This document shows, piece by piece, positions 38,298 to 50,249 of a DNA stretch of 64,000 bases; the first letter of the stretch is position 1; each line of letters opens with the position of its first letter. The notes under the pieces are model-generated. The model saw only the letters and a program-made list of their open reading frames with translations. It was not told where the DNA came from and ran no database searches. The DNA is taken from NCBI GenBank assembly GCA_028023455.1, contig JAQFVV010000003.1:11532001-11596000 (forward strand). Direction: 5' to 3'. Both the position numbers and the translations under genes were made by a program. The DNA is from Epiperipatus broadwayi. Lineage: Eukaryota > Animalia > Onychophora.

Positions 38298-40139
38298 ATC
38301 AAAAATCAAATTTATTTTAATAAAACTATGAATTTATTTACAGATTCAATATAAATTTGATTGTCATATGAAAAATATTTATCAGTTCAATTTGCATTTA
38401 ATCCCAATCATTTTTTTTTTTTTTCCAAAATCATTTTCAATAAAATTAAAGATGACTGATTTAAATTATTAATTAATATATTGTAACCTCTTCATTGTTC
38501 AATCTTACAATTTAATACTCATTAAATTTTATGGTACAGACCTATAAAAATTTGTGATGAAGAAAATAAATGACAATTATCACTGATAATGATCAAATAT
38601 TGTTACTTGTTTATAAGATCCTATTTCCTAGTCACTTCCAGAAGCCCTTGACAATATTGCAGTCTATCATTGACAATTTATCAAGTAATAATACTTAATC
38701 ATAATACTGTAATTGTTGATTTATTTCCACTGCCTTCTGAGAAGTTACTATTCATGTTTTTCAGAATAGATGTAAAAATGATTTTATCCAAACTTGTGTC
38801 AAATATCCATTTTCATAATTTGTTTTTATTTTTCATCTGTAATATTATTATTTTTTGATTTATGTTTATTCGTTTTTCATTCTTGCTGTTTGTTCATTTT
38901 AATTTCATTTACTACATTTATGATTTCTTTTCTGAAGATATAACATTTTAATTTTATATATTCAAATTCTTATAAATTTATATACATATATAGCTCTAGG
39001 TATATTTTTACCAATATGGCAAATTTGCCTTTCTTTGTTATTATAGCTTTAATTGCACCATTCTGCTTTTTCCTTTTTCTTTTCGAAATTATATTTACGA
39101 ATTATATTTATAATATACATTTTTCATTTCCTGGCATTTTTATGTGCTTTTTATTCAAAGATTTATATATTTTCTTCTGATTTTAAAATTATTTGATTTT
39201 TCATTTTTATATTTTTTCAGATTCAGATCTTAATATAATATCGAATAACTTTTATAGATTTATTACATATATAAATATAAGTTAGACCTTGAGGCAATAC
39301 AAACTCAATTACTATGACAACTACCTAAAATCAGTGAATTTATAGTATTTGAATAAAGAAATAATAATTATTTACTTAAGTATTAAAGTAATGTGCATAT
39401 GTATGTGCATCTGAATATTTAATGTTTTCCATTACAAATTGTTAAAATGTATTTAGAGTAAAGTTTTCGTTTTATAATTGATAATTAAAAATGTTTAAAG
39501 AGGAAATTAAAATGAACTACATTTAAAAAAAATTATGAAAAATTATAACTAAAAATATATCTGCTTTTAGCTAAGTAGCTAATAAATAATAAATAAGATT
39601 AACGATATCATAAATCATTTAATTATAATTAATAAAAGTACAGTATATAAGTACATACTTTTCTCTCGTCACTATCCAGTACTTTTTCAACTAAAAAATT
39701 ATTTTTCATTAATTAGAAAGATATTTTTATATGATAATGAGATAACTGAAGGAAAATAAGAGTAATCACTATCTGATAGATTTAAACAGAATCAATGACT
39801 TATAATCAAATCTTACGCAAATATGTCTGTTAAATAGTATCCATTTTATGTCCATCATGGTTCATTACGAAATATATGTATAATTTGATGAAAAACTTAG
39901 AAGCACAAATAATAATAATTCATAAGTAGAATCCTAATAGTGTCATATTATGGCATTATTAAAATATATACCTGTATAATTTTAATAAAACCTTAAATAA
40001 ATTATAACTATTAAATATGTGATATTGACAGTGCATAATCTCATTCATTAAATAACTAAGTTTGAATATGTTTTCATAATAATAATTCACCAATTAAATT
40101 CAATCATTTTAATAAACTTGTAAATATTACTTATTTTCT

Positions 40140-42850
40140 CTTACCAATGCCAATTTATTGCTTAGAGAGATCTCACTATCAGCACCAGCCTCATTTTGAA
40201 CCATTATTAACCCATTGCAGTATGAAATCTCTCCAAGTTTAGTCCAGTTCTCCTGATAAATAGCCTTTCTTCTCAATATCACACCAGCAAACTTATTTAT
40301 TTCCTCTCTTCATTTCATGGGTGATCTTTTCTAGATCTTTTACAATCTTTTAGAAAGAATTCAACTGTCCCTCTATTATCATCTCTTCTAGCAATAATTC
40401 CACTCAAGTTTTAATTTCAGTTTCATGACATGACATCAATGATAATTGTTTCTCCCCTAAACAAGTATTTCATTTTCAATTCACTCTTGTTACTCTCAAT
40501 ATATATCTCTTCATGCTTTAGTGAGTGATCTGAGATTTCTGAATTGCCCTTTTGTTATGTATCCAAATCTCAAATTCATCTATTAAAAAATCTTCCTTTT
40601 CAAGCAGAAAAACATACTTCATTTTATTTCTACCAAAAACATCCATATCTGCATTAATAATCTGATAAAGATATTAGAAGTTGGTAATTTCTTTTAATTT
40701 ATAATTATCAATCTCTATTATCACTGTAGAAAATTGGTCAATATTATCTTAGTCTTTTATAATTTATCTTTAGTTCTACTTTCTAACTTTCATCTGATAT
40801 TACAACATTTCCTGAATCTCTGAAGCATTATTTGCAAAAATATTCACTTTATCTGAAAAATCTAGTTGATTTAAATAATCTCCATTCATTTTTATACCCT
40901 TAGTTTCCCATTTTAAATCACAAAATACTTCTTATAAAACTGCAATAAAGAATTTAGAGATGTGGACTCACCTATCATGCACCATTATCAAAGTTAATTT
41001 TCTTAGCGTCAATATGTAACCTAATTTCTAATGATGCAGCTTGGCAAATATTCTTCAGAATATGTCAATGTCCTACATTTCATCACTATGGAAATACTTA
41101 TAGAATCAAATGCTTTTTTCATAATCTGTAGAATTCAAAACATAATGGCTACTTATATTCAATGGTTCTTTCTATGACGTCTCCTAATACTTGGATATGA
41201 TCCCCAACTTTCGAATCCAGCTTGTTCTTTTGTTTTTGGCATCCAATGTCAACTTTAAAAGTATTGCAATTATCTTAGATAAGGATTTTGTAGGAAGTGA
41301 TAGAATCCTGATAAGTCTATAACTGTTAACATCTTTTTCATTACCTTTCCAAAATATCAATATTACTACTGTATACTTCCATTCATCTGGTACCTTTTTA
41401 TCATTTAGATATCTGTTATATTTTCCAACAATTATCATTAATTATTCTTCCATTTTTTTGAAGTTTTTCCTTACTTTATAAATTTAATTTATCACCTTTT
41501 CATTTAAAGTGCTCTATTTTAGAAAATGTAATAAATGTATTGATTATTTTTTTCTTGTTCTTTATTGCTGTAAAATATTTTGTAGACCTATTAAACTTAT
41601 TTTATGTTGTCATCTCTTTTTTAATAATAATTTTAGTTTTTCTTTTCATTGCTAAAACAACTTTTTTTCCAATAATATAAGGTTATTTAAATACTTCTAA
41701 AAATTTTATTCTATAACTTTTCTTACCAATTCACACTTTTATATTCCATATATCATTATTAACTCTTTTTCAAATTTTTCAAAATTCTAGATCTTTAATT
41801 CTTCTTAATTAATCATTTTTAAATATTTTCATATTTTCTTTCATATATTTCCTTGTTTAGTTGAAAATTTATTGGTGAATTACTGCTTTTTTGATATGTT
41901 ATTTTTGTTGCAGTTCTTAGTAAAATATTAGTTATCTTGTTATTAATCTCAGTTAAGCTTGATTCATCATCAAAGTCTGTCAAAATTGAAAATGATTAAT
42001 AAGTTCTAATTTTAATTCATTTCTGAAGATTATGAATATTGGCTACCAATGTCTTTTTTAATAATTTTCATCTGTATAATTTCGCTTTAATACATATATT
42101 TTAATTCAATAATTGATAAACAATTTCTTTGCTGAATTTATGGAGAACATTGCAATCTTGAAATAAATGCTTAGTTTTAGTCAAAATACAACTCAATTCT
42201 TCTATGTCCATTTTTGTTTAGCATATTTTCTCAAAAAAAGAACTTAATATCATACAAAAAATTTTTCTGTAAATTACACAAACTTAGGTTCTCTTTCATT
42301 TCTGTCATCATAACCAAATTTATACACAATACTTTTATCTTTTATTCATATTTCAATTCTCGCATTAAAGTTTTCCATGACAATTTTAAAATATTGTTTG
42401 GTCTGATCAAAAGCATTTAATCATTTATATAAAAATCATCTAGTTCATCATAATGAGAATTTATTACAGCATAAATATGAATTTCTTGTATTTAATGTCA
42501 TCTATTAAGCTAAATAACTAGTTTTGTCATTCTGTCTGATATACCATCAATCTCTATAATGTTTCTGCTTCTAAATCTCCCCCACCTACACTTCCAATAG
42601 CTGTACCGTTATAGTAAAGTACATGTCCATTTTTCAAAACAATTGTTTTTTCTTTTTTCTAATTTAGCAAAGTCCAACAATGTTCCATTTAATATTATAC
42701 AGTTATTCTTCCTATTCATGCAATCTGCCTTCACTCAAAAATGATAGGCAATTGTTGAAACAGATCTGTTTCACCTATTATATTTTCTAATAGTGTATTT
42801 CATTGCATTCAGATTGTGTGTATTTCTTTAATTTAAAACATTGAGTGTTC
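40140..42850 (-). mobile_element. Decayed RTE-clade LINE (endonuclease plus RT)
   Basis: ORF 41184-41438 reads KVPDEWKYTVVILIFWKGNEKDVNSYRLIRILSLPTKSLSKII (RT domain 0-1). Also a DYEKAFD-like piece (~41105-41126) and GIKMNGDYLNQLDFSDKV (cf. GIxINGxxLNHLRFADDI). Endonuclease start ~42800. Confidence 0.85.
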
Positions 42851-43524
42851 TTATAATATTGCAGAGTATGTGTGGGTATAATCGTCCTATTAATTATAAT
42901 ATGAAAATACAGACTTAAATATTTATATACGCGCATATTCATTTATGTTTGTTAAAACTGAAGTAAACATAACGGTGTGTAGTTAGAATTTATATATATA
43001 ACAGAATAATTAGTTTAAATTTATAAAATTACTTATTTAAGTTTCAATATTCATTTTAAATAATTTTCAGTTCTATTGTTTGTTTAAAATTACACAAGCT
43101 GGTAGTTTGTTTACGAGTTTTAACCTTTCGTCTAAAAATAATCTTTACCTAAAACTTGACCAATTTAAAATTATAACTAAGACAAATTATAAAATTCTGT
43201 CAGGCATAAAACCACACTAAGTGCTTTGCAAAACTCTTGGAAATATATTTGACTCTGGAGGTAGCTATGACACAAATTGGAAAACTCTTGGGAATATATG
43301 TTTAATTCTAGATGTAGCTATGATGCAAGTTAGAATAAGAGAACTTTTAAGTCCACATTTAACTATAGCAAATATTTTACTAAGCGGATATTTAGTTAAA
43401 GGCACAGTTCTAACCAGTTAACAAGTGAAGAGGAGGGACCTACTGTCAAAAGTAGAATATAAAAAGGGCCTGTAGTAGCCATCAATATTCTTAGTTGTTG
43501 CTGTTTGAAAATATTCTTAGTTGT

Positions 43525-43735
43525 CGATGTATATTTTACATATGTTATTTAAAATGCATATTTTGTGTATGTTATTTAAAACACATATTTGCATAAGTTA
43601 TTTGAAATAGATATTTTACGAGTTATTTAGAATTAATATTTGAGTAATTTATTTAAGAATCAATATTTTGCATGAGCTATTTAAGAATCCATATTTGACC
43701 TAGATTATTTAAAAATCAGTTTGTTTGATATTAAA
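43525..43735. repeat. Degenerate ~27-bp tandem repeat (about 7 copies)
   Basis: Recurrent atatttt-N6..8-gttattta(a/g)aa. Confidence 0.8.
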
Positions 43736-44554
43736 TGTAAATTACATGACATATAATTATTGTTTTAAGTTCTAGTAAATCTTTAATCTTTTGCTATAAC
43801 TCCATTTAATTAGAGGATAAGAAGCTATGCAGAGATCCTTAAATCATATTCTCAATATTGCCTTTATCATGTGACTTAATAATCTTATTTATGAACTGAT
43901 CGGTGGTACTAGCACTGAAAGAAGCTATGATTTTGGCGTAATTAATTTATGAAAATATTAATTTAGCATTGCGAATGTGTTGCTAGTTAGCATAAATATG
44001 CATATTTCCTTGCTATACCTATAATGGCCTACATCAGGATCGTTTCCACATCAAATCACACCTCGAAAGTTTAGGCAAATGTGACATTTGTATTTAAAAG
44101 AACAAAAGTGTCCCAAATGGCTCATAAGCCACTCTTCTGCTCACTTGAATAAAAAAGCCTCTTCATATTATAGCAAGCAGACTAATCTGAAGAACCGTTT
44201 ACTAGGTAATAAACCTCAATTAAGAATACATTCAAGGTGCACTTATTCTGATACTATAGTTTATAATGCACTAGAATCTAATGTTTGGCTGCCACACCTC
44301 AGTTCAGCTTCCCTAGAAAGTAACTTGATCCAATTCGGAATCTGAGTTGATGCATTTATCTGTGTAGCAACTATATGTAATATCACGCAAATATCATTAT
44401 AGTTGAGTTTAAATTTAGTAATAATAATATAATCTCTATCAGTTACCAATAAATTGATCACTCTATTATTTATTTTCACTATATAGAACATAGTGTGAGT
44501 TAGGACATGGAAGATGGTATGGGCCTATTAAAAAGTCATAGACTAATTAAAAAT

Positions 44555-44770
44555 TTGTAAACCCAAAAGCCACTCACCTGCATGTGAGTGTTATATAAAA
44601 TTCTTTATATTATTTTATAACCTGAACCACTCATCTGCATGTGAGAACTATATAAATTGCTTTATATTATTTGTAACCCTGAGCCACTCACTTGCATGTG
44701 AGCACTATATAAATTGCTGTAATATATTCTTCATAACCCTGAGTATTCACTCACCCGCGTGTGAGCAAGC
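44555..44770. repeat. ~57-bp tandem repeat (4 copies) with paired E-boxes and a TATA-like motif
   Basis: cactcacctgcatgtgag, cactcatctgcatgtgag, cactcacttgcatgtgag and cactcacccgcgtgtgag. The first three are followed by tatataaa. Confidence 0.85.
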
Positions 44771-44888
44771 TATACCCAATTTATTTTGCTTTATAATTTA
44801 CTAAGTATTACATTAAATTTATGAAACAAATGTATCTGTCTCCAATCTTGCTCATTACCTTATGAATCACTAGTTAAGTTATATAATA

Positions 44889-45097
44889 TGTAATGGGAAG
44901 GAGATGTCTCACGTTTTACTGCTTTGCTATTACTGGAACATGAATAAAGAGATATCGAGTTGGTTGACTTGGAAGCATGAGTAAGAGAGTTGAGGTATGA
45001 TCAGATGTAGGATATTACTATCCCAACTTGGTCAGCCTTTGGTTCTCTGGCTTGGATTCTTGGTCTGTTGAGCAAATGTACAAATCTGACCATTACA
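44889..45097 (+). mobile_element. 209-bp LTR-like unit with perfect 8-bp terminal inverted repeats
   Basis: Starts tgtaatgg, ends ccattaca, contains aataaa, and ends 24 nt before the PBS. No TSD. Confidence 0.5.
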
Positions 45098-45121
45098 TAG
45101 GTATAATTTTTTCCCTGGAGT

Positions 45122-45139
45122 TGGTGCCCAACATGGGGC
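45122..45139 (+). promoter_or_regulatory. Primer-binding site for tRNA-Lys(CTT)
   Basis: tggtgcccaacatggggc equals TGGCGCCCAACGTGGGGC with both CpGs deaminated. Confidence 0.85.
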
Positions 45140-48100
45140 TTAGACTAAGTACATGATCCTGAGAAGAGTATTTATATTTTACATTCCAAATATCATTGTA
45201 GTATTACAAAAATATGTATAAATTAAACGAAACAACTCATAATCTAGTATTATAATTGATAAGTAATTGAGATGGTAAATAATTTAAATAACTAAGAAGT
45301 CAGAAATGGCATGTGATTCAGAGAGGGATGAGCAAGAAAATGATCAAGCAAGAAACAGAAATACACAAATGATCAAGCAAGAAAAAAAAATACATGTGAA
45401 CTGAAAAAAAGAGAAGAGAAAACGTTTTATTTTTTTTAAAGAGAGAAACCTCAGGTGGCATAAGACAGAAGCTGGGTGAGTCTAAAATTTATTTCATTAT
45501 TTAGATGTGCTTATTATATATTTAATTATACTAGTAGTTAAAATGTATCAGGTGGCAAATAACAAAAAGGTATCAGGTGGCAAATAACAAAAAGGAAAAA
45601 TGGGCAATGAACAAGGGTGAGGGAGGTAGTTATAAATAGTCAGTTTGGGAGAGTAGATGGTGAGACAGCTGTCAATTAAAAATAAAAAAGAAGCAAATCA
45701 AAGATATAGTACTAAGATATTATAAAATAAAAATAAAATGGAAGGAGAAAGAAAAGATGAGGGAAAAGAGAAACAGGAGGAGCAGGTAGGAAAGGAAGTA
45801 GGAAGCGAAGGTAAAACTTTGAGATTAGGGAGAATGATAATAAAATATAGTGATAACAGTGTGGAAGAGGAAATAGCAACTAACATAAATGAGAATATAG
45901 AAGAGGAAAATAGGCCAAAATCAACACAAGGAAAGGGAGATAGGGAAAAGCAAGAAGTTGTAGGTGAGGGACCAGGCATGGTGGCAATAATGAAATGAAT
46001 GATGAAGGAAAAAGAAAAAAAGACTGAAAAGGAAGAAAAAAGAAGAGATAGAGAAGAAAGGGAAAAAGATATGGCTGAAAGGGAAGAGAAAGAAAAGAGA
46101 TAGAGAAGAAAGGGAAAAAAAGAAAGGAAAGACAGAGATAAAAGAAAAAGTAAGACTGAAAGGAAAGAGAAAGAAAAAAAAGAGAATAAAGAGAAAAAAA
46201 GAAAAACAGAGAAGAAAGGGAAGAAAGGAAAGATAGAGAAGAAAGGGAAGAAAAGGAAAATAGAGAAAAAGGAAGAAAGAAAAAGAAGAGATGCTTCAAT
46301 ATACAGAGCACATGTTTGATAGCAGGAAAGAAAAGATGGAACAGAGGTTCCAAACTCTTGAAGAAACAATGGGAAGATTAATGATTGAATGTAAGAAACA
46401 AAATGAGGAAACACAGAAAGAGAGTGAGGGGCTCCTGGAGACACAAGAAAAAAATGGAAACTAGCTTGAGGAGAGTAAAAGGGAAGGCCCTCATAGTAAG
46501 GAGCAAGCTAGAATGGCAGGGAAAGAGCTTACATAAAGAGAATACATATAAAGAAAAAAATGGAAGGCATAGAAAGGGAGTTAGAGATAATAAATAAAAG
46601 GACTGCAAAAGGAAGAATAGCTATATTACAGGAGATACAGGAGCTGCAGGAGAGTAGATAGGGTAGAAAAGGAGTAGAAAGAGACAGCATGAATAGTAGA
46701 GAATTAGCACCAAAAAGAATAGTTAGCTAGTGAAGGCAAAGCGGAAGTAGAGAAAGCCAGGGATCAGATCATACAGAAAGAGACAGCATGGGTAGTAGAG
46801 AATTAGCACCAAAAAGAATAAAGTTAGCTAGTGAAGGCAAGGGGGAAGTAGAGGAAGCCAAGGACTGGATCATACAAAAAAAGCCAGAAAAGAAGGTAGA
46901 GAACCCCCAGAGACAGAAACAAAAGAGTATGTAAATCGAGATAAAATAGCCTGTGTAGGGGGTAGAGAAAGGGTTCAGAGCCATATGATAACCAGAGGGG
47001 AAGAGGGCCTTAAGAGAGAAGCGAACATAGAGAGCACAAGAGAAGGGATAATAGGCATAGATATGGTTAGGCAACAGACATATCTGTCGAAATATATACA
47101 GGTCAAAATCTTTAAAGGAGAGGTCGCAAAAGTCCTAGGACACATCTCCAAAGTCTAACTGAATTGTTTAGGTTCCAGCAGGTAGACCCTCAGAACCAAA
47201 TCATGCTAGCCATACAGTATCTACAAGGGTATGACCAGTCCTGGTGGGATTGCTATAAAGAAAAGCCTCACACATTCGAGCAATATACAGCAGTGCTAGT
47301 AAGGACTTTCTGGAGCGAGGAAAGGTAGGATGGGATTCACCATACTGTACTCAGAGAACACTATGGGTCGGTCACAAAAGAAATGCACACACAATTTTTT
47401 ATGCATCCGGTTGCACGTCTCAGATCCTTGACTGCGTTTCCATTTACTGAGAATCAAATAATCCGTATAATTCAGCAAAATATGCCAGGATACATGCAAC
47501 AGATGATGGTGGGGTGTAGGATATGCACAGTGGAAGAGATGGCTGCTTTCCTAACCACCATAGACTATACCCCCATACACAAAGAAATGCATGAGAAAGT
47601 TAGGAAAGTTAGACCATGTTAAGTGCCAAGTTGTTTGCTAGGAGGATAGAGGATCATACCATAGGTTTAGCAAGGCACCCCAGAGTAGCATAGCATATAA
47701 GGGAAGGTCCACAGTATCAGGGTCATTAAACTGCAAAGGGTTCCACTAGATTATTCCTGTCTATGCTAGACCATTCCCATAGATGGATGCCCACCTTAGA
47801 AAAAGGGAATGATACAATATGTCTGGTCCACTATGGGTATCCTGAGAGAAGTTGAGGAGAAGAAAAGTCTGAGTTAAGTGTTAGAGCATGTCCCTTGGTA
47901 GCTATAGAGTTGGATAATCACAAAGTTGTGGCATTAATAGATACAGGGAGTCAACTCTCATTTGTGGTCAGCAGCTGGGTGACCAGGGTGGAATTACTAT
48001 ACCACCAGGTTCAAAAACTCCCCCTCAGACCTTTGAAAATGTTCATGGCAAATGGAAAACAAAGACTGAAAGCTATCAAATATGGGTAGAAATAGTGTGG

Positions 48101-48690
48101 GGTCCCCTCAAAATAGGGCACATTTTCTGTATCAGGTTAAAAGACGAGGGATATTTCCAGGCTAAAATGTACCCTATCCCATTGCAGTATCAAGAAGCAG
48201 TAGAGCAGCAGATACAGCAAATGGTAGAAATGGGGAATCATTAAAAAGGCACCCTCTCCTTACAACAACCCTTTGATGATTGTAAAAAAGAAGGATGGTT
48301 CAGAATGGATCTGCTTGGATGCATGAACTTTAAATAATGTGATGGTTCCAGAAAGAGATCCCCCCCCCCAACATAAAAGAAATATTTTTACAATTGAAGG
48401 GCATGATAATCTTCTCAACTCTAGATCTAACATCTAGCTACTGGAAGATGTTGCTTGATCCTCGTGACCACCAATACACTGCTTTTCGGTACAAAGGGCA
48501 TTCTCATGTATTCCAGTGTGTCCCCTTCGGACTTATAAATAGTGCAGCTGGTTAATGAGATGTTTAGATCAAGACCTCTCAGAGGAAGTAAAAAAATGTA
48601 TTATTAGTTATATAGATGATTTGGTAGTGGCATCCAAATCTTATGCAAAACATATGCAGAGCCTAGAGAAACTATTCCAAGAGTGTATCA
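45122..48690 (+). mobile_element. Decayed Gypsy/Ty3 retrotransposon 1 (Osvaldo-like): gag, protease and partial RT, cut off at ~48690
   Basis: E/K/R-rich purine gag region (45.7-46.8 kb). Protease VALIDTGSQLSFV (ORF 47895-48089). RT motifs YPIPLQYQEAVEQQI, SPYNNPLMIVKKKDGS, STLDLTSSYW, VPFGL and SYIDDLVVAS. Confidence 0.9.
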
Positions 48691-49168
48691 GAACTTTTTA
48701 AAATAATTTATATAAATTAGCATAGCTAATAAAAAAGAGTCAGAGATTCTTAGCAGGCATCAGTCTAAAGCAGTCAATGACAATCAGGAGGAGAAAATGG
48801 CTGCCAAAAGTAAAACAATGCATTTCTTAAAAGGGAGAAAAAGATAATGGTGAATGAAGTTAGCTTTAGTAAATTACTATTACAGTTTAAATGGAAAGAA
48901 GTTCACCTTTAGATGAGTAAACAAACCATTTGAAGATTAATGAACTGTATAATTATTAGCTGTGTGTGAAATAAAATATTTTCACACATTAAATATATCC
49001 CATAGCAATTCCCAAAAGTAAACAGGATAAATTATTGTCAGTAATATTAATGCCTCAGCAAACTGAAATAAACTTGCTGATTTATATATTCAATTTTGTG
49101 TATTATTCATTTTCTTCTACACAGTTGAGATTGTCTCCCCATTATCATTGCAGATAATGCAGACAACA
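48691..49168 (+). mobile_element. 5' LTR of Gypsy element 2 (left end truncated)
   Basis: Aligns to 54125-54607 (e.g. ttagatgagtaaacaaaccattt, catagcaattcccaaaagtaaacag, gagattgtctcccc) and ends agacaaca like the 3' LTR. Confidence 0.85.
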
Positions 49169-49371
49169 GTCATTAAGAAGAACTTGTATAGAAAATTAAA
49201 TTATAAAAGAATTGTATGTTTGTGTGAAAAAGGGAAAAGGAAAAATTTCTGGCAGTTTCTACTCATAACTTGTGTGAATTTGACATCAGTAATCCCTCAG
49301 TGTGTAATATATATGTGGAGCACATAGATTCTTAAATGAGTATCAATAAAATTGAAGATAATAAGCTTAAA

Positions 49372-49983
49372 ATGTGATATGTTGAATTATTTTGATCATT
49401 TATGAGTGAATGTTGAATGTATAGAAAATTTTAAATTTTATTTAAACTTTCCAAATACAAACAACTTGTAGGAGGTTTTAACTGCAAACCCTTAGAAATG
49501 ATCCCTTCTGATTTAAATGATTTTCTACTTTAGCCAGTTTCAGACATAATTTTTCATAATGTCTAAATTTCATCACAACATCAGGTCCATTATTTGTCTG
49601 AAGGTTTGTAATGATGGTATATTATAAGATGTGATATGTTGGACTATTTCCATCATTTATGAGTGAATGTTGAATGTATAGAAAATTCCACATTCACTCA
49701 TAAATTATGGAAATAGTCCAACATATCACATCTTATAATACTATTTGTGTGTGATTACTAACAAGTTGTTTGTATTTAGAAAGTTTAAAATTTTCTATAC
49801 ATTCAATATTCATTCATAAATGATGGAAATAGTCCAACATATACATATCACATCTTATAATATACCATCATTACAAACCTTCAGACAAATGATTATAATA
49901 CTATTTGTGTGTGATTACTAACAAGTTGTTTGTATTTAGAAAGTTTAAAATTTTCTATGCATTCAATATTCATTCATAAATGA
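49372..49983. repeat. Patchwork of direct and inverted copies of a MITE-like arm
   Basis: 49372-49468 and 49597-49689 are direct copies. 49690-49983 holds inverted and re-duplicated copies. Related to 55075-55610. Confidence 0.85.
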
Positions 49984-50249
49984 TCAATCAACAGAGGATA
50001 GCAATAACTCCTCTTATAATTTTCCATCACATAAAATCCTTAAAAAAAAAAAAAGATTTAATGTTCAAATATTTTTTTTTTTTGTGGGGAGGTTTTTTTA
50101 AAAATTTTAAAAAAATTTGTGTGTTCCAAAAACCAAAAAAAATACATATAGTGAATAAATAGATAATTTAATTATATCTTTTCAATCAACAGAGGATAGC
50201 ATGTTTGTGTTTTTGAATGATAAAACAAATAACTTGAGAGTTACCAAGA

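Larger units (their letters stand above)
42870..44885 (+). mobile_element. Long LTR-like regulatory block upstream of the Gypsy PBS
   Basis: CpG partly retained, tataaaaagg at ~43458, three internal tandem arrays, and position directly before a PBS. Ends not resolved. Confidence 0.4.

Noticed and set aside
43525-44770. 27-bp and 57-bp periodic repeats as CRISPR arrays
   Set aside because: They are degenerate head-to-tail repeats without unique spacers or cas genes, in eukaryotic TE context.
45698-46608. Long F/S/L-rich minus-strand ORFs (248, 157 and 76 aa) as membrane proteins
   Set aside because: They are antisense shadows of the purine-rich gag region. Pyrimidine-rich sequence rarely contains stop codons.
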